Positions 8,524 to 18,082 of a stretch of 64,000 nt of DNA are shown piece after piece. The notes beneath the pieces were generated by a model. That model saw nothing but the letters and a program-made list of their open reading frames with translations, had not been told where the DNA came from and did no database searches. The DNA comes from an uncultured Candidatus Rokubacteria bacterium (GTDB lineage: Bacteria; Methylomirabilota; Methylomirabilia; Rokubacteriales; DASRDR01): NCBI GenBank assembly GCA_963708025.1, contig CAVPSB010000025.1, forward strand, positions 320,001 through 384,000, written 5' to 3'. The first letter of the stretch is position 1. Every line of letters starts with the position of its first letter. Both the position numbers and the translations under genes were made by a program.

Positions 8524-9669
8524 ATGCCAGACGCCGTCATCGTCGAAGCCGTCCGCTCGCCGGTCGGGAAGAAGAACGGGAAGCTGGCGACGGTCCGCCC
8601 GGACGACCTGGCGGCCCACGTCATCATGGCACTGGTGGAGCGGGCCGGGGTGGATCCGGGGGTGGTCGAGGACGTCATCCTCGGCTGCGTGGACCAGCTC
8701 GGGGAGCAGGGGTTCAACATTGCCCGGAATGCCGCGCTGATCGCCGGGTTGCCGCTCGACGTCTGCGGGGTGACGCTGGACCGGATGTGCGGCTCCGGCC
8801 AGCAGGCCGCCAACTTCGGCTTCGGCATGGTGGCCTCGGGCCAGCACGACTGCCTCATCGTGGGGGGCGTCGAGAACATGAGCCGGGTGCCGATGGGCTC
8901 GAACGCCCAGGGCCCGGGGGAGGGGCCGATCAGCCCGAAGCTGGCCGAGCGCTACCAGATCGTGCCCCAGGGCATCTCGGCCGAGCTGATCGCCGAGAAG
9001 TGGGGGCTGAGCCGCGCGGAGCTGGACGAGTTCGCGGCGGGCAGCCACGAGAAGGCGGGCCGGGCGATCGCCGAGGGGCGCTTCCAGCGGGAGATCGTTC
9101 CGGTGCCGCTGCCGGACGGCTCCCGGTTCGATACCGACGAGGGCGTGCGGGTCCCCGTCAACCGCGAGAAGATGGCGAGCCTGGCGCCCTCGTTCAAGAC
9201 CGACGGCGTCGTGACCGCGGCGACCTCGAGCCAGATCTCGGACGGGGCGGCGGCGCTGCTCGTCACCTCCGCCGAGAAGGCCCGCGCCCTCGGGCTCCGG
9301 TCGCGCGCCCGGTTCGTCGCCACCGCGCTGGCCGGGGTCGACCCGACGATCATGCTGACCGGTCCCATCCCGGCGACCCAGCGCGTGCTGAAGAAGGCCG
9401 GCCTCACCCTGGCCGACATGGATCGGATCGAGATCAACGAGGCGTTCGCCTCGGTGGTGCTCGCCTGGCAGCGGGAGCTGGGCCCGGACATGTCCAGGGT
9501 CAACGTGAACGGCGGCGCCATCGCCCTCGGCCATCCGCTCGGCTGCTCGGGGGCGCGGCTCCTGACGTCGCTCCTGCACGAGCTGGAGCGTTCGGGCGGG
9601 CGCTTCGGCCTCCAGACGATGTGCATCGGGTTCGGGCAGGGGATCGCCACGATCATCGAGCGGCTCTGA
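8524..9669 (+). CDS. Thiolase (acetyl-CoA C-acyltransferase)
   Basis: RMCGSG, INEAFA, NGGAIALGHPLG, MCIGFGQG. Confidence 0.95.
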   Translation: MPDAVIVEAVRSPVGKKNGKLATVRPDDLAAHVIMALVERAGVDPGVVEDVILGCVDQLGEQGFNIARNAALIAGLPLDVCGVTLDRMCGSGQQAANFGFGMVASGQHDCLIVGGVENMSRVPMGSNAQGPGEGPISPKLAERYQIVPQGISAELIAEKWGLSRAELDEFAAGSHEKAGRAIAEGRFQREIVPVPLPDGSRFDTDEGVRVPVNREKMASLAPSFKTDGVVTAATSSQISDGAAALLVTSAEKARALGLRSRARFVATALAGVDPTIMLTGPIPATQRVLKKAGLTLADMDRIEINEAFASVVLAWQRELGPDMSRVNVNGGAIALGHPLGCSGARLLTSLLHELERSGGRFGLQTMCIGFGQGIATIIERL

Positions 9670-9681
9670 GAGAACACGACC

Positions 9682-9765
9682 ATGGCGGGCTACTACTGTC
9701 CGAAGTGCCTCAAGACGGCCCCGGTGCAGAAGATGTGCTGTGGCCGCCCCATGAAGAAAGGATGA
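9682..9765 (+). CDS. 27-aa Cys-rich miniprotein, desulforedoxin-like
   Basis: MAGYYCPKCLKTAPVQKMCCGRPMKKG; stop overlaps next ATG (ATGA); GC-rich third positions. Confidence 0.7.
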   Translation: MAGYYCPKCLKTAPVQKMCCGRPMKKG

Positions 9766-10772
9766 GCGCCGGGCCGGAGTCTCCGGCCGCCGGGCCGCTC
9801 GTCCTCATCTGCGGCCTCGACCACGCCAACGTGGTCGAGGAGGAGCAGGTCTTCCATTCCGCCGGCCTCCGCTTCGCGCAGGTCGTGGCGCAAACCGAGG
9901 ACGACCTGCTGCGCCAGTGCGGCGAGGCCGACGCTCTCCTCGTCCAGTACGGCCTCCTGACCCGCCGCGTGATCGAGGGCCTGCCCCGCTTGCGCCTGCT
10001 CGTCCGCTACGGCGTCGGGGTGGATGGGGTGGACCTGGCGGCCGCCACCGAGCGCGGCATCCCCGTCGCCAACGTGCCCGACTACGGGACCGACGAGGTG
10101 GCGAACCACGCCGTCGCCCTCCTGCTCGCGCTCGCCCGGAAGATCACGCGGCTCGACCGCCAGACGCGGGCCGGACGCTGGGACGTCTTCGAGGCCCAGC
10201 CGATCCACCGCCTGGCCGGGCGGACCGTGGGCATCGTCGGCTGTGGGCGCATCGGCAGTCGCGTGGCCCGGAAGCTCGGCGGGTTCGACGTCCGGCTCCT
10301 GGGCCACGACCCCTACATCAAGGATTTCCCGGCCGGCGTCGTGCCGGCGCGGCTGGAGACCCTGCTGGCCGAGTCGGACTACCTGACGCTCCACTGCCCG
10401 CTCACCGCCGCGACCCGGCACCTGATCGACGGGCCGGCGCTGGCCCAGATGAAGCCCACCGCAGTCCTCGTCAACACCGCGCGCGGCGGCATCGTCGACA
10501 TCGCGGCGCTGGCCGAGGCGCTCGAGCACGGCCGGCTGGCCGGCGCCGGGCTCGACGTGACCGAGCAGGAGCCGCTCGACCGCACCAGCCCGCTTCTCCG
10601 GATGGAGCAGGTCATCGTCACCCCCCACGCCGCCTGGTACTCGGAGGAGGGACGCTCCGACCTCAAGCGCCGGGTGGCGGAGGAAGCCGTCCGGGTCCTG
10701 GTGGGTGGCGAGCCGCCGCGGAACTGCGTCAACCCCGAGGCCTTCGGCCGCGTCGGGTCCCGGCCGATTTGA
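9762..10772 (+). CDS. D-isomer 2-hydroxyacid dehydrogenase (CtBP-like)
   Basis: GVGVD, NVPDY, GCGRIG, NTARG, TPHAAWYS. Confidence 0.9.
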   Translation: MSAGPESPAAGPLVLICGLDHANVVEEEQVFHSAGLRFAQVVAQTEDDLLRQCGEADALLVQYGLLTRRVIEGLPRLRLLVRYGVGVDGVDLAAATERGIPVANVPDYGTDEVANHAVALLLALARKITRLDRQTRAGRWDVFEAQPIHRLAGRTVGIVGCGRIGSRVARKLGGFDVRLLGHDPYIKDFPAGVVPARLETLLAESDYLTLHCPLTAATRHLIDGPALAQMKPTAVLVNTARGGIVDIAALAEALEHGRLAGAGLDVTEQEPLDRTSPLLRMEQVIVTPHAAWYSEEGRSDLKRRVAEEAVRVLVGGEPPRNCVNPEAFGRVGSRPI

Positions 10773-10805
10773 CGCCCGGCCCGCTGAGCGGGTAGCCTGT
10801 CTCGC

Positions 10806-11570
10806 ATGGCCGGCCTCCCCCCCGACCTCGCTGGCAAGGTCGCCGTGGTCACTGGCGCGAGCCGTGGTATCGGCGCGGCCAGCGCCCGGGCCCTGGCCGG
10901 GGCCGGCTGTGACCTGGTCCTCGCCAGCCGCGACAAAGCGGCGCTCCAGCAGGTCGCCGACTCGATCGAGCGACTCGGCCGGCGCGCGCTCGTCCACCCG
11001 ATCGATCTCCAGCGGCTGGACGGCATCCCGGGCCTGATCGAGCGGGCCGTGACCGACCTCGGCCGGCTCGACATCCTGATCAATAACGCCGGCACCAACG
11101 TCCGGCGGCCCGCCATCGAGCTCACCGAGGCCGACTGGGACACGATCGTGAACCTGAACCTGCGCGCCGCCTTCTTCTGCGCCACCGCCGCCGGCCGGGT
11201 GATGGTCGCCCAGCGGAGCGGCAAGGTGGTCAACATCTCCTCGATCGCCTCCCGTGTCGGACTCCCGACCGGGTCCATCTACGCGGCCAGCAAGGGTGGG
11301 GTGTCGGCCTTCACCCGGACGCTGGCGGTCGAGTGGGCGTCGCACAACGTGCAGGTCAACGCCGTCGGGCCCGGCTACATCCAGACCGCGCTGACGGCGC
11401 CGCTCTTCGCCAACCCCGAGTGGGTGGACCGCGTGACCCGACGGATCCCGGCGACCCGCACCGGCGAGCCGGACGACCTGATTGGCACGATCCTCTTCCT
11501 TTCGTCCCCGGCCTCCGACTACCTCACGGGGCAGACGCTCTTCGTCGACGGCGGCTGGACCGCCACATGA
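10806..11570 (+). CDS. SDR oxidoreductase (KduD/gluconate dehydrogenase-like)
   Basis: TGASRGIG, NNAG, YAASK, VDGGW. Confidence 0.9.
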   Translation: MAGLPPDLAGKVAVVTGASRGIGAASARALAGAGCDLVLASRDKAALQQVADSIERLGRRALVHPIDLQRLDGIPGLIERAVTDLGRLDILINNAGTNVRRPAIELTEADWDTIVNLNLRAAFFCATAAGRVMVAQRSGKVVNISSIASRVGLPTGSIYAASKGGVSAFTRTLAVEWASHNVQVNAVGPGYIQTALTAPLFANPEWVDRVTRRIPATRTGEPDDLIGTILFLSSPASDYLTGQTLFVDGGWTAT

Positions 11571-12670
11571 GCGAAGCAACCAGCGCGTCCACGTCCGGCT
11601 CCCCCCTCCCCCCCCGCCAAAGGCCGAAGGCCGTCGAACAACCGGGGAGGGGGGCCAAAGGCCGAAGGCCGTCGAAGGATCGGGTAGGCGGGAGGTTTCA
11701 AACAGACCCGCCCCACGACGTCGTCGCCTTCGGCGAGGTGCTCCTGCGCCTCGCCTCGCGGGCGCCGGTCAGGCTGGAGCAGGCGCGCGAGCTCGACGTC
11801 ACCTTCGGGGGGACCGAGGCCAACGTCCTGGCCGCGCTGGCCCGGCTCGGTCTCCGCGCGGCCTGGGTCTCCGCGCTGCCCTCGAATCCCTGGGGGGAGC
11901 GCGTCGGCCGGGAGCTCCGCGGGCACGGCGTGGACGTCTCGCACGTCGTCTGGCGGGAGCGGGGCCGCATCGGGACCTACTTCCTCGAGTACGGCCTGGC
12001 GCCACGACCCATCCGGGTCTTCTACGACCGCCAGGACTCCGCGTTCACCACCCTCGGCGAGGCGGAGGTCGACTGGGAGGTCGTTCGGCGGAGCCGGGTG
12101 CTCCACCTGACCGGGATCACCCCGGCGCTGGGGCAAGAGCCGCGCGCGCTCACCGAGCGGGCGGTCGAGGAGGCGAGCGCCGCCGGCGCCCTCGTCTCGC
12201 TCGACGTCAACTACCGCGCGGCGCTCTGGTCGCCCGAGGAGGCCGGGTCGTACCTGGAGACCCTGCTCCCGCGCGTCCAGCTCCTCTTCGTCGGGCTGGA
12301 GGACGCGCGCCGGCTTTTCGCCTGCGAGGGCGAGCCGGAGGCGATTGCCGGGGCGCTCCGGCGGCGGGCGCCGAAGGCGACCGTCGCCCTCACGCTCGGC
12401 GAGCAGGGCTCGGTCGTGCTCGCCGACCGGGTGCACCGGCCGACCCGCCTCTACCCGCTGGACGTGGTCGCCGATCGCGTGGGAGCCGGGGACGCGTTCG
12501 CGGCCGGCTTCCTCTACGGGCTCCTGACGCGCCGCGACGTGCAGTACGCGCAGGACTGCGGCACCGCGCTGGCGGCCCTCAAGTGCACGATCTGGGGCGA
12601 CGTCGCGCTGGTGCGTCCCGGTGAGCTGGAAGAGCTGATGGCGCAACCCGACCCGCGCATCCGCCGGTAA
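11567..12670 (+). CDS. PfkB sugar kinase (KdgK-like) with repeat-derived N-terminal extension
   Basis: FGEVLLRL, GGTEANV, DVNYR, DRVGAGDAFAAG; ATG overlaps SDR stop. Confidence 0.85.
   Translation: MSEATSASTSGSPLPPRQRPKAVEQPGRGAKGRRPSKDRVGGRFQTDPPHDVVAFGEVLLRLASRAPVRLEQARELDVTFGGTEANVLAALARLGLRAAWVSALPSNPWGERVGRELRGHGVDVSHVVWRERGRIGTYFLEYGLAPRPIRVFYDRQDSAFTTLGEAEVDWEVVRRSRVLHLTGITPALGQEPRALTERAVEEASAAGALVSLDVNYRAALWSPEEAGSYLETLLPRVQLLFVGLEDARRLFACEGEPEAIAGALRRRAPKATVALTLGEQGSVVLADRVHRPTRLYPLDVVADRVGAGDAFAAGFLYGLLTRRDVQYAQDCGTALAALKCTIWGDVALVRPGELEELMAQPDPRIRR
11594..11703 (+). repeat. G/C-tract dispersed repeat, copy 3, in frame within kinase CDS
   Basis: TCCGGCTCCCCCCTCCCCCC, two CCAAAGGCCGAAGGCCGTCGAA modules, GGGTAGGCGGGAGGT. 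Confidence 0.8.
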
Positions 12671-12687
12671 CCCAAAGGAGGATCCCC

Positions 12688-13611
12688 GTGACCGTGTGGA
12701 ACTCCCGCTACCTCTACCTGAACGGCAAGCTCGTGCCCTACGACGAGGCGAAGATCCACGTCCAGTCCGGCGCCGTCAAGTACGGCGGCTCCGTGTTCGA
12801 AGGCCTCCGCGCGTACTGGAACGCGAAGCAGGGCGAGCTGTACGTCTTCCGGCTGCAGGAGCACATCGACCGGCTGTTCGACTCGCTCCGGCTCATGCGG
12901 ATGGAGCACGCCTTCACCCGGGACGAGCTGGCCTCCTCGATCCTGGAGGTGCTCCGGAAGAACGAGGTGCGCGAGGACGTCCACATCCGGCAGTCCGCCT
13001 TCATCGAGGCCGACGGCGGGCTGGACGCGACCGGGCCGGTGGGGCTCGCGGTCGATGCCAAGCCTCACAAGGTGACGCAGAAGCCCGGCCTCCATGCCGG
13101 GGTCTCGTCCTGGACCCGGATCGCCGACGGCAGCATGCCGCCCCGGATCAAGTGCTCGGCCAACTACCAGAACGGCCGGCTGGCGCAGCTCGAGGCGAAG
13201 ACCAACGGCTTCGAGGCGGCGCTGCTGCTCAACTCCCGCGGCAAGCTGGCCGAGGCGCCCGGGGCCTGCTGCTTCGTGGTCCGGCGCGGTGTCCCCATCA
13301 CGCCGCCGGTCACCGCCGACATCCTGGAGTCGGTGACCCGGGCCACCCTGCTGGAGCTCTTCGTGAAGGAGCTGGGGCTCACCCCCGACGTGCGCGAGAT
13401 GGATCGTACCGAGGTCTACGTCGCGGACGAGGCGTTCCTGTGCGGGAGCGGGATGGAGGTCACGGCGGTCCTGTCGGTCGACCGGCTCGCGCTCGGCGAC
13501 GGCGTCAACCCCGGCCCCGTGACCCGGGCCATCCAGGAGTGCTACTTCGCGGTGGCCCGGGGTGAGAAGCCGGCCTACCGGAGCTGGCTCACGCCCGTGC
13601 ACGGCCGGTAG
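12688..13611 (+). CDS. ilvE: Branched-chain amino acid aminotransferase (class IV)
   Basis: YGGSVFEGLRAY, FRLQEHIDRL, K..ANY, ILESVTR, ADEAFLCGS. Confidence 0.85.
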   Translation: MTVWNSRYLYLNGKLVPYDEAKIHVQSGAVKYGGSVFEGLRAYWNAKQGELYVFRLQEHIDRLFDSLRLMRMEHAFTRDELASSILEVLRKNEVREDVHIRQSAFIEADGGLDATGPVGLAVDAKPHKVTQKPGLHAGVSSWTRIADGSMPPRIKCSANYQNGRLAQLEAKTNGFEAALLLNSRGKLAEAPGACCFVVRRGVPITPPVTADILESVTRATLLELFVKELGLTPDVREMDRTEVYVADEAFLCGSGMEVTAVLSVDRLALGDGVNPGPVTRAIQECYFAVARGEKPAYRSWLTPVHGR

Positions 13612-13754
13612 GGCGTCCGCAGAGCCGCCCGGGACCCCTCCCGAGTCGCCGCGGCAGCCCGGGCTTCGGCCCGGGTTGCCGTGGCCGACATGCTCACGGC
13701 GCCGTGGTCCCCGCGACGCCACCCGACAAGATGCTGGCACACCTCGTCCGCGTG

Positions 13755-13904
13755 TGCTAGAGTGTCTGCGTCTAGCCGGTCTTCGCGCTAACGCAGCGCA
13801 TCGATCTGGCCTCGCCTCCGACGGTGCTCTTCCGCGTCTCCGGGGCGTGAACTGAAGGGCGGAAGAACATCGACCCCGAGCGATCGGGGACAAGGAGGCG
13901 CCTC
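13755..13904 (+). promoter_or_regulatory. Extended -10 promoter and structured 5' leader of RRM gene
   Basis: TGCTAGAGT at 13755; stems 13822-13835/13859-13872 and CCCCGA-GCGA-TCGGGG (13874-13889); SD AGGAGG. Confidence 0.5.
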
Positions 13905-14216
13905 ATGGCGTCCAAGCTGTATGTCGGCGGTCTGTCCTATTCCACCACCTCGGAGAGCCTGCGCCAGTACTTCGCGCAGTGCGGCACGGTCGAGTCGGCC
14001 ACGGTGATCACCGACCGGATGTCGGGCGATTCGCGTGGGTTCGGCTTCGTGGAGATGGCCTCGGAGGCCGAGGCGCAGGCGGCGATCTCGAAGCTGAACG
14101 ACCAGTCCTTCGAGGGCCGGAAGCTGATGGTCAACGTGGCCAAGGCGCCAGGCTCTGGGGGCGGTGGAGCTCGGTCCGGCGGCTTCGGCGGCCCGCGCAA
14201 GACGCCCCGCTGGTAG
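13905..14216 (+). CDS. RRM RNA-binding protein, Gly-rich tail
   Basis: RNP2 KLYVGGL, RNP1 RGFGFVEM. Confidence 0.95.
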   Translation: MASKLYVGGLSYSTTSESLRQYFAQCGTVESATVITDRMSGDSRGFGFVEMASEAEAQAAISKLNDQSFEGRKLMVNVAKAPGSGGGGARSGGFGGPRKTPRW

Positions 14217-14239
14217 GCACGTCCGACTGCCCGTAACAG

Positions 14240-14273
14240 CGGCGCGGGGGCCCTCGGGCTCCCGCGCCGTTTT
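14240..14273 (+). terminator. Intrinsic terminator
   Basis: CGGCGCGGGGG..CTCCCGCGCCG stem followed by TTTT. Confidence 0.75.
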
Positions 14274-14349
14274 CGTCTCGCCATCGCGCCGGTGGGCGCC
14301 TTCTGGGCCTCCCGGCCGCGATGCTTGCGTGCCGTGTGAATGATATGGG

Positions 14350-15021
14350 CTAGGGCTTCCGCAAGAGGATCGTCCCCATGAAGGACTCGGCGGTGCCCTT
14401 CACGTCGTCGGAGTCGATGCCGAAGGAGACGACGGCGGGGTCGTCCGGCTCCTCTCCGTAGATCTTCTTGAAGTCCTCGAGCACGTTCCGGCGCTCGGTG
14501 AGCCACTGGCCGAGCTCGGCCGGGCCGGAGCGCATGACCACGTAGGTCACCGTGCCGGTCTTCTGGCTCTTGATGATCGACCCCGCCGGCGCGGTCGTGT
14601 CCCAGATGTAGCCGATGATGCGGGAGCGCACCGCCTCGGGGAAGCGCGGCCAGGTGACGTAGAGCTGGGCGGCCTCGTCGTCGGTCTCCTTCTTCCGGGA
14701 ATCGGCGCCGGCGGGCAGCGCGACCGCCTTCCAGCTCCACTCGAGGATCGGCGTCTCCTTCAGCTTGACCTTGCCCTTGATCTCCTTGCTGACGTTCGAG
14801 CTGTCCCCGCGGCTCCGGAGGTGGAGCACCTTCCGCTGGCCCTCCTGCTCCACGACGAAGTCGTAGGCCGGACTGCCCCAGCGCTGCTTCTCCCAGCCGG
14901 GCGGGATGCCCTTGTGGCCGACCGGCGCGCTGGACCAGTCCTCGACCACGAACGTGTCCAGGGCCCAGGCGAGCGCGGCCAGCCCGAGGACGACGGCGCC
15001 CGTCACGGACGATCGTGTCAT
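14350..15021 (-). CDS. DUF3047 family exported protein
   Basis: Signal peptide; TPILEWSWK, DD.AAQLYV, IGYIWD, W..ERRNV.ED, IDSDD. Confidence 0.8.
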   Translation of the reverse strand: MTRSSVTGAVVLGLAALAWALDTFVVEDWSSAPVGHKGIPPGWEKQRWGSPAYDFVVEQEGQRKVLHLRSRGDSSNVSKEIKGKVKLKETPILEWSWKAVALPAGADSRKKETDDEAAQLYVTWPRFPEAVRSRIIGYIWDTTAPAGSIIKSQKTGTVTYVVMRSGPAELGQWLTERRNVLEDFKKIYGEEPDDPAVVSFGIDSDDVKGTAESFMGTILLRKP

Positions 15022-15047
15022 GAATGCTCTCCTCGCCCTCGAGACGC

Positions 15048-16749
15048 TCACGGCCGGGCGCCTCGCTGCTTGGGCCCGAGCCGGGTGGCCTCCAGCTCGT
15101 AGGCGAGGGTCACCCAGTCGGTCAGGAGGGGCCGGGTGTCGCGCGGGTCGATGATCTCCTCCACGCCGAAGGCCTCCGCCGTCCGGAACGGGCTGCGTAC
15201 CGCGTTCAGCCGGGCTTCGATCTCCCGGTGGAGCGCCGGGCGGTCCGGCGCCGCCTCCAGCTCCCGCCGGTACGCCGCCTCGATCCCGCCCTCGAGCGGC
15301 AGCGAGCCCCAGTCGCCGGAGGGCCAGGCGTAGCGGAGGTTGAGCGCCTGCACGTTGCCGTGGCCGGCGCCCGCCACGCCGAAGACGCGGCGGAGGATCA
15401 CGGTGACCCACGGCACCGTGGCCTGGTACACCGCGGCCAGGGCGCGGACGCCCTTGCGAACCGTGCCGGCCCGCTCGGCCGCCACGCCGATCAGGAAGCC
15501 CGGCTGGTCCACGAAGTTCACCACCGGCAGGTGGAAGGTGTCGCAGAGGTCCACGAAGCGGGTCAGCTTCTCGGAGCCGGCCGCGGTGAGCGCGCCGCCC
15601 ACGTGGCGCGGGTCGCTGGCGACCACGCCCACCGGGTACCCGTCGAGCCGCGCCAGCGCGATGACGAGCGACGGGCCGTAGCGCGGGGCCAGCTCGAAGA
15701 GCGAGTCGCGATCGACCACGTGGCCGAGCAGCCGGCGGACGTCGTACGGGTGGCGCCGGCTCCGGGGGATGATGGAGACGAGCGCCTCGTCCCGCCGCCG
15801 GGGGTCGTCCGCCGGGGTGGCGCGCGGCGGCGCGTGCCAGGCGTTCGGCGGCAGGTAGGAGAGGAAGCGACGAATCTCGACGAACGCCTCCTCTTCCGAG
15901 GCGACTTCGTTGTCGACCACGCCGCTCTCCCGCGTGTGGATGTGCGAGCCGCCCAGGGTCTCCTTGTCGACGTCCTCGCCCAGGCCGCGCTTGACCACCG
16001 GCGGTCCAGCGATGAACACCTGCGCCGAGCCCCGGACCATGCACGAGAAGTGGGACGCCGCCAGCCGGGCCGCGCCGAGCCCGGCCACCGGCCCCAGCGC
16101 CGCCGCCACCACCGGGATCTCGGAGAGCGCCGCCACCACCAGATCCCAGGCCGGGTTGCCCGGCACGTAGGTCCGGCCCACCTGCTCGTACGTCTTGACG
16201 CTGCCCGCCCCCGCCGGTGCCCTCCACCAGGCGCACCAGCGGCAGCCGGAGCTCGCGGGCCATGCGCTCGCTGTACCCCTGCTTGCCGGCGATCGCCGCG
16301 TCGTTGGCGCCGCCGCGCACCGTGAAGTCGTCGCCGCCGACCACGACCCGCCGGCCGTCGAGGCGCCCGGTCCCCAGCACGAAGTTGGCCGGCCGGAAGC
16401 CGGCCAGCCGGCCGTCCTCGTAGGCGGCGCTCCCGGCCAGGGCGCCGGTCTCGTGGAAGGAGCCGGCGTCGAGGAGGCGCTCGATCCGCTCCCGCACCGT
16501 GAGGCGGCCCGCCTTGTGCTGGCGCGCCACGTTCTCGGGGCCGCCCATGGCGTGGGCCAGCTCGAGCCGCCGGCGCAGCTCCCCGATCTCCGGCTCCCAG
16601 GATTGATTGGCAGGGGGGGAGTCCCGAGCGTCGTCTCGCCGGGACGCCTCCGGCCTTCGGCCGTCGGTCCCTCCCGTCCCTCCCGTCCCTCCGGGTGTCC
16701 CCCCCTGGACCCCCCCACCTGGGGGCTCCGGCCGGTGCTCGCCCGTCAT
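15048..16749 (-). CDS. Acyl-CoA carboxylase carboxyltransferase subunit; one frameshift near 16205
   Basis: GRLTVRERIERLLD, DDFTVRGG, FIAGPPVV, FVDQPGF, IIDPRDTR; ATG overlaps FIST stop. Confidence 0.85.
16609..16730 (-). repeat. Repeat-family module in frame at carboxyltransferase N-terminus
   Basis: GGAGGGACG tandem plus GGCCGAAGGCC module shared with the 6725-6770 and 11615 copies. Confidence 0.6.
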
Positions 16750-17906
16750 GACTGGGCGAAGACGACCAGCACGCCCGTGTACGTGTGGAAGAAGTTGGCC
16801 CCGCCGACCGGCGCGAACTCGCCGTTGCCGAAGACGCCGATCAGCGGACAGCCGGCGAGCCGCGCGCGGATCAGCCCCACGTCGTGATCCGGGACGCCGT
16901 ACAGCGCCCGGCCCCGCCCGGCGCAGTTGAAGTAGACGCCGAGCGCCGCCCGCCGGCCGCCCAGCCGCTTCTCTACCCGTGTCAGCATCGCCTCCAGGTC
17001 CCGGCGGGCGGCCTCGGCATCCCGGATCTGGAACTGGATCGTCTGGCCGACCCGCACCTCGCCGGAGACCGCGACGGCCCCGCTGTCCTTGTCGACGCCG
17101 GCCAGGTTGCGCACGAGGAAGTCGCCGCGCTCGAGCGGCGACTTGGCCGGGTCCATGGCCAGCCCCGCGAAGATGCCGGCCCGGGGCGCCCGCTGCTCGA
17201 AGTCGGGGAGGCTGCGGATCGCGTCCTTCAGCACGTCGAGGGCCGGGCGGCCCGCGATGGCCCGCACCACCGCGCCCTCGCCCCGCGTGACCACGTAGGG
17301 CTCGCCGATCGGCTGACAGCCCTGGCCGACGCCGACCACCGGCACCGGTCCCGCCACCGCCAGTGCCGCCAGGCCACCCCGCGCCACCTCGGTGTTGCAC
17401 AGCTCGAAGGGCGGGGCGCCGGCCGCCACCACGCCGGCCACGGTCACGGGCCCCAGCTCGTCGGCAAGGCCGCGCAGCAGACCCCGCGGGTCCAGGTTCA
17501 CGTCGGAGAGGATGAGGAGACTGCCGCCCTCGGCGAGTGTGGCGCCGACCTCGGCGGCGAGGTGGACCGCGGCCTCGGCGTCGATCCGCTCGCGCTCGGG
17601 CACCAGGACCGCACGCGCGAGCATGCCGCCGCCGGCGACGAGGACGGCGACGGCCGGCACCTGCTCCACCTCGGCCCGCTCGGTGAGCACCCCGGCCCCG
17701 CTCGCCCCCACCACCACCCGCGCGCCCGTCACGCGGCGCACACCGTGCAGGACGTGGTGGGCGGCCGGGTGCGCCTCCCCGCTGGTGAACACGAGCGCCA
17801 CGTCCGCGTGGGCGAGGCCGCTGGCCGCCATCGCCTGGAGCGCGGCGTCCAGCGCGGCCTCGTCGGCGCGCTTTCCAGTCGCCAGTCCGGAGCCGGCCAG
17901 CAGCAT
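16746..17906 (-). CDS. FIST signal-transduction domain protein
   Basis: VGQGCQPIG, FLVRNL, QFQIRD, FNCAGRG, GVFGNGE, HTYT. Confidence 0.9.
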   Translation of the reverse strand: MLLAGSGLATGKRADEAALDAALQAMAASGLAHADVALVFTSGEAHPAAHHVLHGVRRVTGARVVVGASGAGVLTERAEVEQVPAVAVLVAGGGMLARAVLVPERERIDAEAAVHLAAEVGATLAEGGSLLILSDVNLDPRGLLRGLADELGPVTVAGVVAAGAPPFELCNTEVARGGLAALAVAGPVPVVGVGQGCQPIGEPYVVTRGEGAVVRAIAGRPALDVLKDAIRSLPDFEQRAPRAGIFAGLAMDPAKSPLERGDFLVRNLAGVDKDSGAVAVSGEVRVGQTIQFQIRDAEAARRDLEAMLTRVEKRLGGRRAALGVYFNCAGRGRALYGVPDHDVGLIRARLAGCPLIGVFGNGEFAPVGGANFFHTYTGVLVVFAQS

Positions 17907-17990
17907 GTGGAGAGACCGTAGCAAATACGCAGAACCCTCGCAACGTCGGGCGAGGCCGTGCGCGGAGGCGCGTCATCCGGCGGCGGGCCC

Positions 17991-18019
17991 TTGACGGCGG
18001 CGGGTGCCTCCACCATAGT
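17991..18019 (+). promoter_or_regulatory. Sigma70-type promoter of liv operon
   Basis: TTGACG-17 nt-CATAGT. Confidence 0.55.
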
Positions 18020-18082
18020 GGGGGCCGTCTCGGACCAGGTATGGTCGCAACCGCTGGAGACTCCCGCTCGAAGGAGGACGCC

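Noticed and set aside
16195-16220. Programmed frameshift in the carboxyltransferase
   Set aside because: No canonical slippery heptamer; similar indels throughout the window point to sequencing error
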